A stretch of 26,675 bases of DNA from a virus. Lineage: Duplodnaviria; Caudoviricetes. Both the position numbers and the translations under genes were made by a program. Location of the stretch: the IMG/VR virus record IMGVR_UViG_3300042549_001726, positions 1 to 26,675 of that record; one strand, written 5' to 3'. Under the pieces are notes generated by a model. That model saw nothing but the letters and a program-made list of their open reading frames with translations. It had not been told where the DNA came from and searched no databases. Positions 1 to 10,429 of this stretch are shown here, piece after piece; within the stretch, counting starts at the first letter, position 1, and each line of letters opens with the position of its first letter.

Positions 1-318
1 GCCATTGTTCTTTGCTTCTTCAATACCGCTGATTGCGATAGAAGCAGCGTACTGCTTCCAATCGTATTCAGCAGCCGAGATGCCTGTCTGAGGTGTAAGG
101 TCAATTGTGTCATAACCAGAGTATGGCTTTACAGTGCTGCTTTCTCCGTAGATAAGCGGCTCAACAATTTTCGTACCACCATTAATCATGCGGATACGAC
201 CATTAGCCATAAGGTGTTGTGTCAACGGACGAGCCGAGAACACATTGTCTGTCAACTGATTGCGATAGTTTGCAAGTGTTGTTGATAGAATTGCGTCAAA
301 GTTACTGTTACCAGCCAT
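1..318 (-). CDS. Major capsid protein, N-terminal part (runs off the left edge of the window)
   Basis: Not in the ORF track. ATG at 318 with an AGGAGA SD upstream; open to base 1: MAGNSNFDAILSTTLANYRNQLTDNVFSARPL...GGTKIVEPLIYG...YSGYDTIDL...AAEYDWKQYAASIAISGIEEAKNNG. This resembles phage capsid proteins, and it follows portal and scaffold. Confidence 0.85.
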   Translation of the reverse strand, partial: MAGNSNFDAILSTTLANYRNQLTDNVFSARPLTQHLMANGRIRMINGGTKIVEPLIYGESSTVKPYSGYDTIDLTPQTGISAAEYDWKQYAASIAISGIEEAKNNG

Positions 319-338
319 AATATTTATCTCCTAGATAA

Positions 339-1124
339 TTAAAAATTTGTGTTTAGTTGTCGCTTGGCTGCTGCCCAAGCATCTGAAATACTAGAAACAG
401 AATCAAAAGACTCAGCGGTAGTGCTTGCCGTAGCAGAACTACCACCAGAAACAATAGTAGCCTCACGCTTAGAATCCATAACAGAAGTTTCCTTCTGCTT
501 CTGAACCTCTAGTGCCTGTGCCTCTAGTTGTCTCTGCTTGTTGAATTTGTCAAAAGCCAGTTGCTTGTAAACTGCTTCCAAGTCGGTTGTATTACTCCGC
601 AAAGCGGATTGAACAACCTCATTAGTGTCAAAGTCGGGATATGCATTTTGAAGCCGAGAAATCTCTTTTTCAATCTGCTGCTGAGACTGGTATTCTTCAA
701 ACTGCGCAATACGCTGGTCTAGTTCACGGATTCTACGCTCACTAGGGTCTAAATCTTCATCAAATGAATCTTCAACCAACTGCTGTGCCTGAGAATTTGA
801 GATGCCATAATGGCGACTCAACAACTCAATCGTTGCAGCGGGGTCCCTATCAAGTGCTGTCTGCAAAGAATTTGCAAATTCCAAAGATTGCCTTTGGGTT
901 GCTAACTCTTGCGTTTTGCGTGTATAATCTGCTTGCCGTTGATAACCAGCAATAGCCTCAGAAAGTGGAACATTCAGTTCTTCTCCATCAAACTTAACAG
1001 GTACTCTATGATTAGAATATTCTGCAATGTCTAAAGATGGACTATCATCAACCTGACTTACCTCACTGGAACTAGGTGACCCTACGGGTTCTACATCAGA
1101 TTCGGTTACGAACTCATCGTTCAT
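339..1124 (-). CDS. Capsid scaffolding protein
   Basis: Acidic disordered N-terminus, VKFDGEE..V.L.E...GYQRQADYTRKTQELA scaffold signature, coiled coil; lies between portal and capsid; AGGAGA SD. Confidence 0.85.
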   Translation of the reverse strand: MNDEFVTESDVEPVGSPSSSEVSQVDDSPSLDIAEYSNHRVPVKFDGEELNVPLSEAIAGYQRQADYTRKTQELATQRQSLEFANSLQTALDRDPAATIELLSRHYGISNSQAQQLVEDSFDEDLDPSERRIRELDQRIAQFEEYQSQQQIEKEISRLQNAYPDFDTNEVVQSALRSNTTDLEAVYKQLAFDKFNKQRQLEAQALEVQKQKETSVMDSKREATIVSGGSSATASTTAESFDSVSSISDAWAAAKRQLNTNF

Positions 1125-1158
1125 TATATTTTCTCCTAGAGTCCTATAATGGTTGCTC

Positions 1159-1179
1159 TACATATGGCAAGGCTGTTCC
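1159..1179 (-). promoter_or_regulatory. Putative late promoter motif GGAACA-N7-CAT-ATGT-A upstream of scaffold/capsid
   Basis: Minus strand GGAACA GCCTTGC CAT ATGT A, directly after the portal stop codon; same spacing as three other copies. Confidence 0.6.
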
Positions 1180-2925
1180 CTACTGCGGAGGTTGTCCCTG
1201 CATCTGCTGCAACTGTGCCATCATCTCAGGAGTTAAACCCTGCGGTGGTGCCCCTGCCCCCTCTGGAGGCATTGGACCACCCTGAGGTGGCATACCACCC
1301 ATTTCAGGTGGTTGCGGTGCTGCTTGGACAAACTTCTCTGGGTTCTTAATGTTGAAACCGAACTGCAACACATAAGAAGCAAGTTCCTGCATGTTAACAA
1401 TACCAGCACCAGCAAACGGAGCCAAAGCATCCACAAGTTGCAGAGTCTGTTGACGGCGTTGTGACTCGTTGTGGGGTTGCGTAGAGCCACCCACTACTTC
1501 AAAGTCAAACTCACCCTCAAGATACTCACGGTCAAAAGTAACCCAAAACGGTTCACCATCTTTACCAACAAGACGAGCAACCTGCTCACCAGTCATATAC
1601 TGCTGAGCAAGCATAACCATACGGCGAGCAACCTCAGAAATAGCCATCTCAACAATAGCCAACTTATCTGCTGTCCGAGCATTAGCAGCATCGGCAACAG
1701 CCGAAATTTCTGTAGCAGTACGGCGAATCTCAGGGATTCCACCGTTCATAAACTCAGGCAAACCAGTAATACGGTTAATATCGTTAGTAATCATTTCCGA
1801 CTGGTTATAAAACTCAGGAGGGCTAATTATGGCAGGGAATGCGGAGACAACATTGCCAAGTGGCTCATCAGAAACCACAGGGACCATAACATTGTCCTCA
1901 TCAGATTCAAGGGCGCTACGACCAAACTGGTCAAACGCTGATTCCTTGTAGAGGTACTTGCGTGCGAACCGTTTACGATGATTCATCATCTGTGAACGGG
2001 TTTCGTTCAACTCACGCTGCAATGGTTCAATCTGCTCTAGGTCGCCAATGGGGTAAAAAACATCAGGCACATCATAATTCCGAAGCATAACAAAAGGATG
2101 TCCAAAAGCATAAGGCATCTTAGTTGGTTTAATAAGGAATGATTCACCACCGTCACTAAAAACCGACATCGTTTTATTACGGATGTCATAATATTCCCAA
2201 ATTTCTGCATAACCATAATTCTTGTCATAAACCTTACGCTGACTAGGGTCCTCACTATAACGACTAACAGCCATAATAGTAACTTCTTCACGAGCAGTCT
2301 TATTATATCGCTTATCCGACTTCACCTCAGCAAGAGGGCGACGGATACGCTGCGCAATCCACTTGGCATCATGCATGGATGTAGCGTCAGAGTCTATAAA
2401 CACATCAAACACTGACACCCGTTCTGCGAACGGAGAGTCAACTGTTATGACAGAATTACTAGTAGATTCACCACCAGCAACATTGTCATTGTAATCACTT
2501 TCAGTATCTTCACCAATTGAAGCCTCCTCAACAAAACGGTAACCAGTTTTAATCCAGCCATGCCCACAAATAAGTAGGTCTTTAACCGAACGGCGGAACT
2601 CCTCACGAATACTGCGGTATCTCCACCAGTAGTTAACAACAGCCTCAGCGACAACAGCATTAGGTGCGTTGTCGGGCTTGGTTGCGTTGACAGTAATCTT
2701 GGGGTAGTTAATAGCCACAGCAGGAGCAATAACATTAATAGTGGAGAACGAAATGTTAATCAACATTCTGTCCTCATCACTATAATGGTCATAGTGTTTA
2801 CCTTTGTAAATATCAATTAGACGCTTCCATGTAGCGTCGTATCCTTCATCTTTGCGCCATTTTTTGGAGGCGTTAAGATGTTCTCGGTATGTTGATAGTT
2901 GTTCGGATTGTGGTTTACGAGCCAT
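1180..2925 (-). CDS. Portal protein (P22-like/podoviral type)
   Basis: 581 aa, between terminase and scaffold; portal-like segments (G.GW.K.G, F.D, RTATE) and a Pro/Gly/Gln/Met-rich C-terminal tail. Confidence 0.9.
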   Translation of the reverse strand: MARKPQSEQLSTYREHLNASKKWRKDEGYDATWKRLIDIYKGKHYDHYSDEDRMLINISFSTINVIAPAVAINYPKITVNATKPDNAPNAVVAEAVVNYWWRYRSIREEFRRSVKDLLICGHGWIKTGYRFVEEASIGEDTESDYNDNVAGGESTSNSVITVDSPFAERVSVFDVFIDSDATSMHDAKWIAQRIRRPLAEVKSDKRYNKTAREEVTIMAVSRYSEDPSQRKVYDKNYGYAEIWEYYDIRNKTMSVFSDGGESFLIKPTKMPYAFGHPFVMLRNYDVPDVFYPIGDLEQIEPLQRELNETRSQMMNHRKRFARKYLYKESAFDQFGRSALESDEDNVMVPVVSDEPLGNVVSAFPAIISPPEFYNQSEMITNDINRITGLPEFMNGGIPEIRRTATEISAVADAANARTADKLAIVEMAISEVARRMVMLAQQYMTGEQVARLVGKDGEPFWVTFDREYLEGEFDFEVVGGSTQPHNESQRRQQTLQLVDALAPFAGAGIVNMQELASYVLQFGFNIKNPEKFVQAAPQPPEMGGMPPQGGPMPPEGAGAPPQGLTPEMMAQLQQMQGQPPQ

Positions 2926-2934
2926 GATTTACCC

Positions 2935-3465
2935 CTAAAAATCTGTACTTCTGGTTTTGGGCTGTTTAGAATATTTCTTTCCTTGCAGACCTTTTCCACC
3001 AGATTTTTTTAAATTTTTGTTTACTTCTTTTATTACTTGATTAGTATTTTTACCATCAAGTTTGATTTCTTTTTTAACTTTAATTGCTTTATTGGAAACA
3101 ACAATAGGTTCTTTTCTTTTAGCCTTAGAAAGAGTTTTAGTAGTTGAGTCAACTTTTTTTAAAGAAGAACGAGGAACTTTACCAATGTAAAGAGAACCTT
3201 TTTCTCCAGCATATTGTTTTGCTGATTCTACACTAAAAATAGAACCTTTTGATTTTGGATTAAAAGACCATGTAACAGTTTCGTTTGGTAAATCTTTAGA
3301 ACCTTTTGTGGGGTTAATTTTCTTAAGATTTTTAACTGGAGAACCATGAATTACTTTTTTACCCAAAGTGTAAGAATTTCTAGGGTTGGCTTTTTTGGCA
3401 GCCGCTTTTGCTGCTGCCTTAATTATGTCATCAAGAACACCTTCTGGTTTCTTTTTAGCAGCCAT
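2935..3465 (-). CDS. Lys-rich protein with MAAKKKP..DDIIK leader and putative ADP-ribosyltransferase-like domain
   Basis: Ordered motifs VIHGSP ... TWS ... AKQYA ... GSLYIGKV ... EPIVVS resemble the H-Y-E (Arr/PARP-like) ART core; gene is visibly AT-richer than its neighbours. Confidence 0.5.
   Translation of the reverse strand: MAAKKKPEGVLDDIIKAAAKAAAKKANPRNSYTLGKKVIHGSPVKNLKKINPTKGSKDLPNETVTWSFNPKSKGSIFSVESAKQYAGEKGSLYIGKVPRSSLKKVDSTTKTLSKAKRKEPIVVSNKAIKVKKEIKLDGKNTNQVIKEVNKNLKKSGGKGLQGKKYSKQPKTRSTDF
3446..3465 (-). repeat. 20-nt exact repeat ATGGCTGCTAAAAAGAAACC (copy 2, start of the 176-aa gene)
   Basis: Identical to 3742-3761. Confidence 0.9.
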
Positions 3466-3467
3466 AA

Positions 3468-3761
3468 TTACTTCTTCTTTGCTGCTGCTTTTGCTTTTGC
3501 TTTTTCTTTGGCTACACCAACAATACTGTCTTTATAAGAAAGGGCACCTTGGTTTTTCATTTTTTGCTTAGTTGTTTCATACATACCAAAAGCATCTTTT
3601 TTGCGAGTAGTAGGTACAGCAGGAATTTTTTTAGCAAACTTCTTATTGGCTTTAGTAGTTCTAACTGCTGCTCGTACACCTTTAACACCAATTTTAATGA
3701 TGTCATCAACAATACCTTGTGAATGTAAACCAGTAATGGCGGGTTTCTTTTTAGCAGCCAT
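3468..3761 (-). CDS. Small Lys/Ala-rich basic protein with MAAKKKP..GIVDDIIK leader
   Basis: 97-aa ORF coupled by TAATG to the upstream holin; N-terminus paralogous to the next gene. Confidence 0.75.
   Translation of the reverse strand: MAAKKKPAITGLHSQGIVDDIIKIGVKGVRAAVRTTKANKKFAKKIPAVPTTRKKDAFGMYETTKQKMKNQGALSYKDSIVGVAKEKAKAKAAAKKK
3742..3761 (-). repeat. 20-nt exact repeat ATGGCTGCTAAAAAGAAACC (copy 1, start of the 97-aa gene)
   Basis: Identical to 3446-3465. Confidence 0.9.
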
Positions 3762-3958
3762 TATTTGCTCCTTCCGAAAGCAGCGTCACTTGGGTTAAGC
3801 CAGCGAACAACAGGAGGCAGAAAAGCAGCCACTACAGCAGCCCACAAAGCCTTGGGGGATGTTTCTCCTGCAATAACAACCGTTAATACGGTTGCTGTTG
3901 CGGAACGGGCATATGATGCCAGTGCACATTTGTTTTCTTTAGATATATTAATTTTCAT
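3761..3958 (-). CDS. Putative holin
   Basis: 65 aa, two hydrophobic helices, LASYARS...RWLNPSD.AFG signature seen in small actinophage-type holins. Confidence 0.7.
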   Translation of the reverse strand: MKINISKENKCALASYARSATATVLTVVIAGETSPKALWAAVVAAFLPPVVRWLNPSDAAFGRSK

Positions 3959-4347
3959 TAGTAATATTCTTTCTTGGTTTTAGGTTTTGGAGCCATTTTT
4001 CGTGGACCAGCAGGTTTGCGTAAAGTAGGTTTAGTTTTTTGAGGACGAACATTAAAAGGTTCGTTATCGCTTGGGTCCTTAGGTTTGCGTGGTGCAGGGC
4101 GTGGCACTGCTTTGGTAGGAGGTTTATTTTTGCGTGGTAATGTATATGGTGAATCACTTTTAGGTGAAGGAGGAGCCTTGCGCTTAGGTTGAGCCTTTTT
4201 TTGTGGCTGAACATTATACGGCTTAGTACTGCTTGGGTCTGGAACTCGTTTCCTTGCTGTTCCACTACCAAGACGCTTCTTTTCCTTCATGGCATCATCA
4301 ATACCCTTAGAAGTATAAGGGAATGTTTTGTTTCCAACCTTTGGCAT
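3958..4347 (-). CDS. Lys/Pro-rich basic low-complexity protein
   Basis: Starts MPKVGNKTFPYTSKG, a common small phage protein N-terminus; coupled to both neighbours by TAATG overlaps. Confidence 0.7.
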   Translation of the reverse strand: MPKVGNKTFPYTSKGIDDAMKEKKRLGSGTARKRVPDPSSTKPYNVQPQKKAQPKRKAPPSPKSDSPYTLPRKNKPPTKAVPRPAPRKPKDPSDNEPFNVRPQKTKPTLRKPAGPRKMAPKPKTKKEYY

Positions 4348-4544
4348 TATTTCTCTTTTCCATCATGCCACCCAATATGGGTGTCAATCTTAGTTCCAAC
4401 TTCATCAACCTTATAAAGAACCCGATTAAGCAATTCACGCCCCTCAGCATGCTGGCTTGTATTCTCGTTACGCAACTTCTGCATAACAACCATTATAGGT
4501 CCACCAATAATGGCGACAATAATGGGTACAAACCACGCTTCCAC
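4347..4544 (-). CDS. Small single-TM membrane protein with coiled coil (possible accessory lysis protein)
   Basis: N-terminal TM (WFVPIIVAIIGGPIMVVM), then ENT.QH...KVD.V..KID.HI.WH; GTG start abutting the upstream stop. Confidence 0.7.
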   Translation of the reverse strand: MEAWFVPIIVAIIGGPIMVVMQKLRNENTSQHAEGRELLNRVLYKVDEVGTKIDTHIGWHDGKEK

Positions 4545-4775
4545 TTAAATCCAACGACTTCCGACAGGTTCAATGTTTAAACCCTTGGCTTTAGCATCAG
4601 ATTCTGTTTTACGCTGAATCTCACCAATCGTAGGACCACTAAAAACCTCTTTACCGTGAGTAAAACCAAGACGAATACCCTTAACATGGCATTTAAAGCA
4701 TACATAACCACGCTTTTGAACAGTTTCTTCCACCGAACAGCCACAATTCACGCATTTAAAGTTCGTTACTTCCAT
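4545..4775 (-). CDS. Small zinc-ribbon protein
   Basis: CVNC...CFKC pairs; start abuts the GGAACA motif and has no SD. Confidence 0.75.
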   Translation of the reverse strand: MEVTNFKCVNCGCSVEETVQKRGYVCFKCHVKGIRLGFTHGKEVFSGPTIGEIQRKTESDAKAKGLNIEPVGSRWI

Positions 4776-4795
4776 AATAATAGCAATCTTGTTCC
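4775..4795 (-). promoter_or_regulatory. Putative late promoter motif GGAACA-N7-TAT-TATT-ATG
   Basis: Fills the whole gap between the terL stop and the next ATG. Confidence 0.6.
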
Positions 4796-6397
4796 TTAAA
4801 GAGGAACTTTAAGACTGGCACGAATATTATGCGCCCCAATAGGTACTTTACCGTCATTTTGTTCACTAAACATATGCTGTTCCCACCACATAAGACTATT
4901 CTTAGGTACAACCACATCCCCACGGAACTCAGGAAGCCAAACATACTTCAACATCTGATTAGTAATAGCCAAAGACATAGTACGGTCATCATGAGGAGAA
5001 CCAGTAGTCCTGCCGTTGTCCTTGCGCACATAAGTACGCAACTCCGCAATAGTTCTCTGACAATAAATAATCAACTCCTCATTACGAATGGCAGCGGACA
5101 ACTCGTCAATAGACAACGGTTTAGTAACCGTAGTCGTTTTCCAACCCAAAGTTTCAGTAGCCTGAGGGTTACGCTGAGTAATTTTACGCTGCCTAAAGAG
5201 ATTGCGGTATCCAGCCCGTTGAGCAGCCTTAATTGTCGTTAAACCATGGTTGTTGGACTCAATAGCCACAAGACACTGATTATACCACCAACCCAAGTCG
5301 GCAAGTATTTCCCCAAACACATCAGGTTCACAATGTCCATGCCAATGAGCAACAACTTCCCCAGTGGTGGCATCCACCACATGGGCAGAACTGAAGTCAC
5401 CATAACTGAAACCTTCCGCCACATCAGCCCCAATCACATAAACACTATCAACAGCAGGAAAAGCCCAAATACTAAGAGGACCATCTTCTCCCTCGTCAAA
5501 CTCGTATTTTTTGTCTGCGTACGCATGAAGAAACCCAACCATAGGTTCAAGGGTTTCAAAACTGTCTAACATGTCAATGTCAAACACAGGGTTACCTGAT
5601 TTGACAAAAGCCTCCTCAGGGCTACGGGGGTATTCCTGATGTAACTGCCAAGGTTGCATGTTGCGTGCCTTGACTGTGTACCAGTCCTCGTCACGGTCAC
5701 CAGCGGACCAAGGGAAAAAGATTCCTTCAAACTGGTTGGTACCCGTTTGGGAACCAACCCACATTTGGTGAAAGAAGTTACCAGACCCGTTTGCGGTGGA
5801 CAAACCAATCACACGCCCACCGACATCGGCAATAGGTTCAATAGAAGCCCACGCTTCCTCAGGGTTAGGCAAGAAAGCCCACTCATCCACAATAACCAAA
5901 TAAACCGACTCACCACGGGCGGGGTCAGAACCACTAGGTAAAGATTCAATAGCAGACTCATTATCAAACATCATCTTCTGCTGATGGTCAGTAGTTTGCT
6001 TAGGTCCCCGTTCCTTCATCCATTGAGGCATAAAACGAAAACCATACTTAGACTTAGCCAACAGTTTAACTGACTCTCGTTCGGTGCGACTAAGCATAAC
6101 TACGAAACGGTCAGGGCGGAAAAACACAAGCCAAAAAGCATAAGCAGCAGCCAAAGTAGAAAAGCCAATCTGTCGTGCCTTTAGGACAATACTATAGCGT
6201 TCAGACATCCACACACGCATAGTTTCAACCTGTGCTTCACGCATCTCAAACTTTATACGACCCCGTTCAGGATGTTTAATATGCCAATAGTTTTCACAAA
6301 AATAAACAAACGCATCCAACTGCTGGTCCAAAGTAGCATCATCAGGACCACGACACTTACGCCATTCCCGTTCATTAATTAACTCTTGTAAATCCAT
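4796..6397 (-). CDS. terL: Terminase large subunit
   Basis: Walker A-type LKARQIGFST, Walker B LVIVDEWAF, coupling motif LSTANG, nuclease residues IGADVAEG...GDFS and HDDRTMS. Confidence 0.95.
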   Translation of the reverse strand: MDLQELINEREWRKCRGPDDATLDQQLDAFVYFCENYWHIKHPERGRIKFEMREAQVETMRVWMSERYSIVLKARQIGFSTLAAAYAFWLVFFRPDRFVVMLSRTERESVKLLAKSKYGFRFMPQWMKERGPKQTTDHQQKMMFDNESAIESLPSGSDPARGESVYLVIVDEWAFLPNPEEAWASIEPIADVGGRVIGLSTANGSGNFFHQMWVGSQTGTNQFEGIFFPWSAGDRDEDWYTVKARNMQPWQLHQEYPRSPEEAFVKSGNPVFDIDMLDSFETLEPMVGFLHAYADKKYEFDEGEDGPLSIWAFPAVDSVYVIGADVAEGFSYGDFSSAHVVDATTGEVVAHWHGHCEPDVFGEILADLGWWYNQCLVAIESNNHGLTTIKAAQRAGYRNLFRQRKITQRNPQATETLGWKTTTVTKPLSIDELSAAIRNEELIIYCQRTIAELRTYVRKDNGRTTGSPHDDRTMSLAITNQMLKYVWLPEFRGDVVVPKNSLMWWEQHMFSEQNDGKVPIGAHNIRASLKVPL

Positions 6398-7428
6398 TAG
6401 TAAAACTCCATATTAGATTTTAAACGCCCATCATCAGGATTAGCATTTAAAGCCAACCTTCCATAAAACAAAGCCCTATCAGAATCACCAGTGTAATGAA
6501 AACCAAGTGCTGCTAGGTCGTCAAATTGCCAACCCCACGCATCCGATTCACACAAATAATCCAAAGGTTTATCTTTGATTATTAAGCCCATATTAGTTGC
6601 ATAAGACAATCCGGCATAATCTTTAATGTCATAATAATACTGCATTAAAGCAAACCAGTTTTCCCGACGACCACAATCCTCAGCAACAGCATTATACAAC
6701 CAATACAAACGCTTACTAGGTTCACACCTACTTAGGTAACGACACGAAGCCGCTTTCTCAGGACCCCAAACAGACAACCCTAGGTGGGTCTTGAAGTGCG
6801 TAGCCGCAGTTTCATAATCATTATTAAAGAAATATTCCCTAGCCAAATAAAATTGGTTACGGTCATCCAAAGGTTCCTCTTTAACAGCCAACTTCAACAA
6901 ATCAAAATACTGTCCACGACTTTTAGAAGAATCAGGATGATGATGAATTTCCAATCCACACCATTCCTGAACTTCTCCACCACCCACAGATTTTATAACC
7001 TCATGCACAGGATGTTTCCAAGTATAACCATGTCGTTTATGTATCTTGTCCCCGCCGTATGTTAAACCTTCAGAACCGTCACTATTCCAAGACCAAACAT
7101 ACTTATAGCGTAGGCGTGTAACATTAGAAGCAACCGCTTCCAAATGTTCACGCCACCCCTCAACAAGAACCTCATCCATGTCTAAAGCGATACACATATC
7201 AATATCGGCAGGAAGCATGGACAAAGCAAGGTTGCGTGCAGTGTCAAAACGCCAAGGCTTTAAAGAAGCATCTACGGTTATTACATTTAAAGATTTGGCT
7301 AGTTCAACTGTTTTGTCTGCCGAACCCGTATCTAGTATGAAACAGTAATCAGCATCTTTGCAAGATTCCGCCCATCGTTCTACAAATTGTTCTTCATTAA
7401 GAGCAATCGTATATACAGCGATTTTCAT
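6397..7428 (-). CDS. Family 2 glycosyltransferase with C-terminal TPR repeats
   Basis: IAVYTIALNEE, ILDTGS.DKT, F..ARN.AL, LDMDE (DxD), W..PVHE motifs, then a TPR-like helical region (FYLAREYF...ALNANPDD.RL..N). Confidence 0.9.
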   Translation of the reverse strand: MKIAVYTIALNEEQFVERWAESCKDADYCFILDTGSADKTVELAKSLNVITVDASLKPWRFDTARNLALSMLPADIDMCIALDMDEVLVEGWREHLEAVASNVTRLRYKYVWSWNSDGSEGLTYGGDKIHKRHGYTWKHPVHEVIKSVGGGEVQEWCGLEIHHHPDSSKSRGQYFDLLKLAVKEEPLDDRNQFYLAREYFFNNDYETAATHFKTHLGLSVWGPEKAASCRYLSRCEPSKRLYWLYNAVAEDCGRRENWFALMQYYYDIKDYAGLSYATNMGLIIKDKPLDYLCESDAWGWQFDDLAALGFHYTGDSDRALFYGRLALNANPDDGRLKSNMEFY

Positions 7429-7449
7429 TTTTATCCTTCAAGAATTAAC

Positions 7450-7761
7450 TTAATCAGGTGTTCTGCTCATAACACGAATTGGACCACCAGAATTAGGAGG
7501 GTCATTAATTTCTACAGTGTTACTTAACGGCAAAGTTATGTACTCGGTTAAATTACGCAAATAAGAACGGTAGTTTATCCATTCAGTTTTTTCAGTTTCT
7601 GACAATGGAGAATCAATCATAATTCTCCAATCTGTTTGGGACAATATAACATTTCTGTGTTGCCGTAAAACAATAAGAAATTCTTCTGGTGTGTCGGCAT
7701 ATTCAGGAACACTAGTTTCTGGATTTTGCTTAATTGGTACACAATCAAGATAAAGAATCAT
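7450..7761 (-). CDS. Tail-fibre assembly chaperone
   Basis: LR..RN..L..TDW....DSPLS...K.EW..YR..LR.L signature; directly downstream of the fibre gene. Confidence 0.85.
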   Translation of the reverse strand: MILYLDCVPIKQNPETSVPEYADTPEEFLIVLRQHRNVILSQTDWRIMIDSPLSETEKTEWINYRSYLRNLTEYITLPLSNTVEINDPPNSGGPIRVMSRTPD

Positions 7762-7763
7762 TA

Positions 7764-9337
<1,574 letters not shown>

Positions 9338-9338
<1 letters not shown>

Positions 9339-9676
9339 TATGCCCTGCTGACATCAGCCAAAATCGTACACTTACCTGAAAGGATAGTACTAACAACTGA
9401 AGCGTTTGTGCGTTGCAAATCCCAAAATGCGGGTCCAGCAACCAAAGTCGCACTATCGGCAGCAGTCAGAGTTAAAGTAACAACACCATTAGGACCGTCT
9501 GTTACAACACAAGTAAAGGAAGCCGCTATAGATGCAGAATCACGAAGGTAACGGATTTGGGAAATGAAAGTATTACCAGTAATTACAATAGGCACATTGG
9601 CAGAGTCTTTTAATGTAATTACAAATACTTCCGTGTCGCCACGCATGATTTTAATGTTTTGAGTAGCAGGAACCAT
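9338..9676 (-). CDS. BppU-N-like / virion adaptor beta-sandwich protein
   Basis: I.RGDT..F.ITLKD...P..ITG.T...QIR...[12 protein letters not shown]......WDLQ.......TILSG pattern; coupled (TAATG) to the fibre gene. Confidence 0.7.
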
Positions 9677-9696
9677 ACTAATGCCTAATCTGTTCT
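9676..9696 (-). promoter_or_regulatory. Putative late promoter motif AGAACA-N7-CAT-TAGT-ATG
   Basis: Abuts the ATG at 9676; no SD. Confidence 0.6.
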
Positions 9697-9813
9697 AAAG
9701 TAATTCATACGGTGAACCTTTATAGGTTCTTCTTCAAACCAGCATTCAGGGCATTCCCTGAGTGAGTTTGGAAACTCACATCCACACTCAGGACACTCAG
9801 TCTGAAGTTCCAC
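9685..9813 (-). CDS. 42-aa zinc-ribbon microprotein (not in the ORF track)
   Basis: GTG at 9813, overlapping the end of terS: MELQTECPECGCEFPNSLRECPECWFEEEPIKVHRMNYFRTD; two CPEC knuckles. Confidence 0.7.
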   Translation of the reverse strand: MELQTECPECGCEFPNSLRECPECWFEEEPIKVHRMNYFRTD

Positions 9814-10228
9814 TGGATTCCAACCTAGCCACTTTTTCAGCCGAAGCCACACTGGCAATTAATTCCTCTAGGTCTTTATCCGAAATTTCATTAAGAGACT
9901 GAGTGTGAGTAATGTTCACCTGCTGAGGAGCCAACTTGTTTGTAGCCTGAAGATACAACTGAGCAGCCTTGTTGTCCCCACCGAGCGCACGCTGGTATAT
10001 GGTGTCCATGAGTTTCTGGGTGCGCTCAGGACTACCTTGCAAATCCTCTACCCGTTTTTGCCATTCTTGTTTAAAGTATGGTTTCTTCTGCCAACGGCGT
10101 AATGTTGCGCTGTCCACGCCTTCTTGTTTGGCATAGGCTTCTTGCGTGGGGGGTTGTCTCATGGGGCTAGGGACTACTAGCCAGTTCAGGTATTTTTCTT
10201 GGCGTTCATCAATATGACTGGATTCCAT
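9797..10228 (-). CDS. terS: Terminase small subunit (N-terminal HTH)
   Basis: HTH (TQEAYAKQEGVDSATLRRWQK.P.F), AL.GD.KAA.LYL helix, C-terminal LSD..LEELI; first gene of the late operon, upstream of terL. Confidence 0.75.
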   Translation of the reverse strand: MESSHIDERQEKYLNWLVVPSPMRQPPTQEAYAKQEGVDSATLRRWQKKPYFKQEWQKRVEDLQGSPERTQKLMDTIYQRALGGDNKAAQLYLQATNKLAPQQVNITHTQSLNEISDKDLEELIASVASAEKVARLESSGTSD

Positions 10229-10248
10229 ACAAATAGTGGTATTGTTCC
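10228..10248 (-). promoter_or_regulatory. Putative late promoter motif GGAACA-N7-TAT-TTGT-ATG
   Basis: Abuts the terS ATG; no SD. Confidence 0.6.
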
Positions 10249-10429
10249 TTGACCACGGAGGGTGGTTATTTAACCACTTTCTGTTAGGGAACAGCGGGGG
10301 GGATTATAGGGGGGGTATGGCGAATACTGGAACTTGCGTTCGTAAGATAAGCAAGTGCTAGTGATTGTTACTACTAGGGATAGTAGTATTGTAAACAAAC
10401 AATGGTTTGTTTACCCATAGCCATAATGC
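10249..10429. other. Divergent intergenic region with G7-ATTATA-G7 and several short inverted repeats
   Basis: GTGGTTA-TT-TAACCAC, G7ATTATAG7 (10296-10315), TACTACTA-GGGA-TAGTAGTA, GTAAACAAAC-AATG-GTTTGTTTAC. Confidence 0.6.

Noticed and set aside
10288-10310. Fifth copy of the late motif on the + strand (GGAACA GCGGGGG GGATTATA)
   Set aside because: Spacing is off by one, YAT is not matched and no start codon follows.
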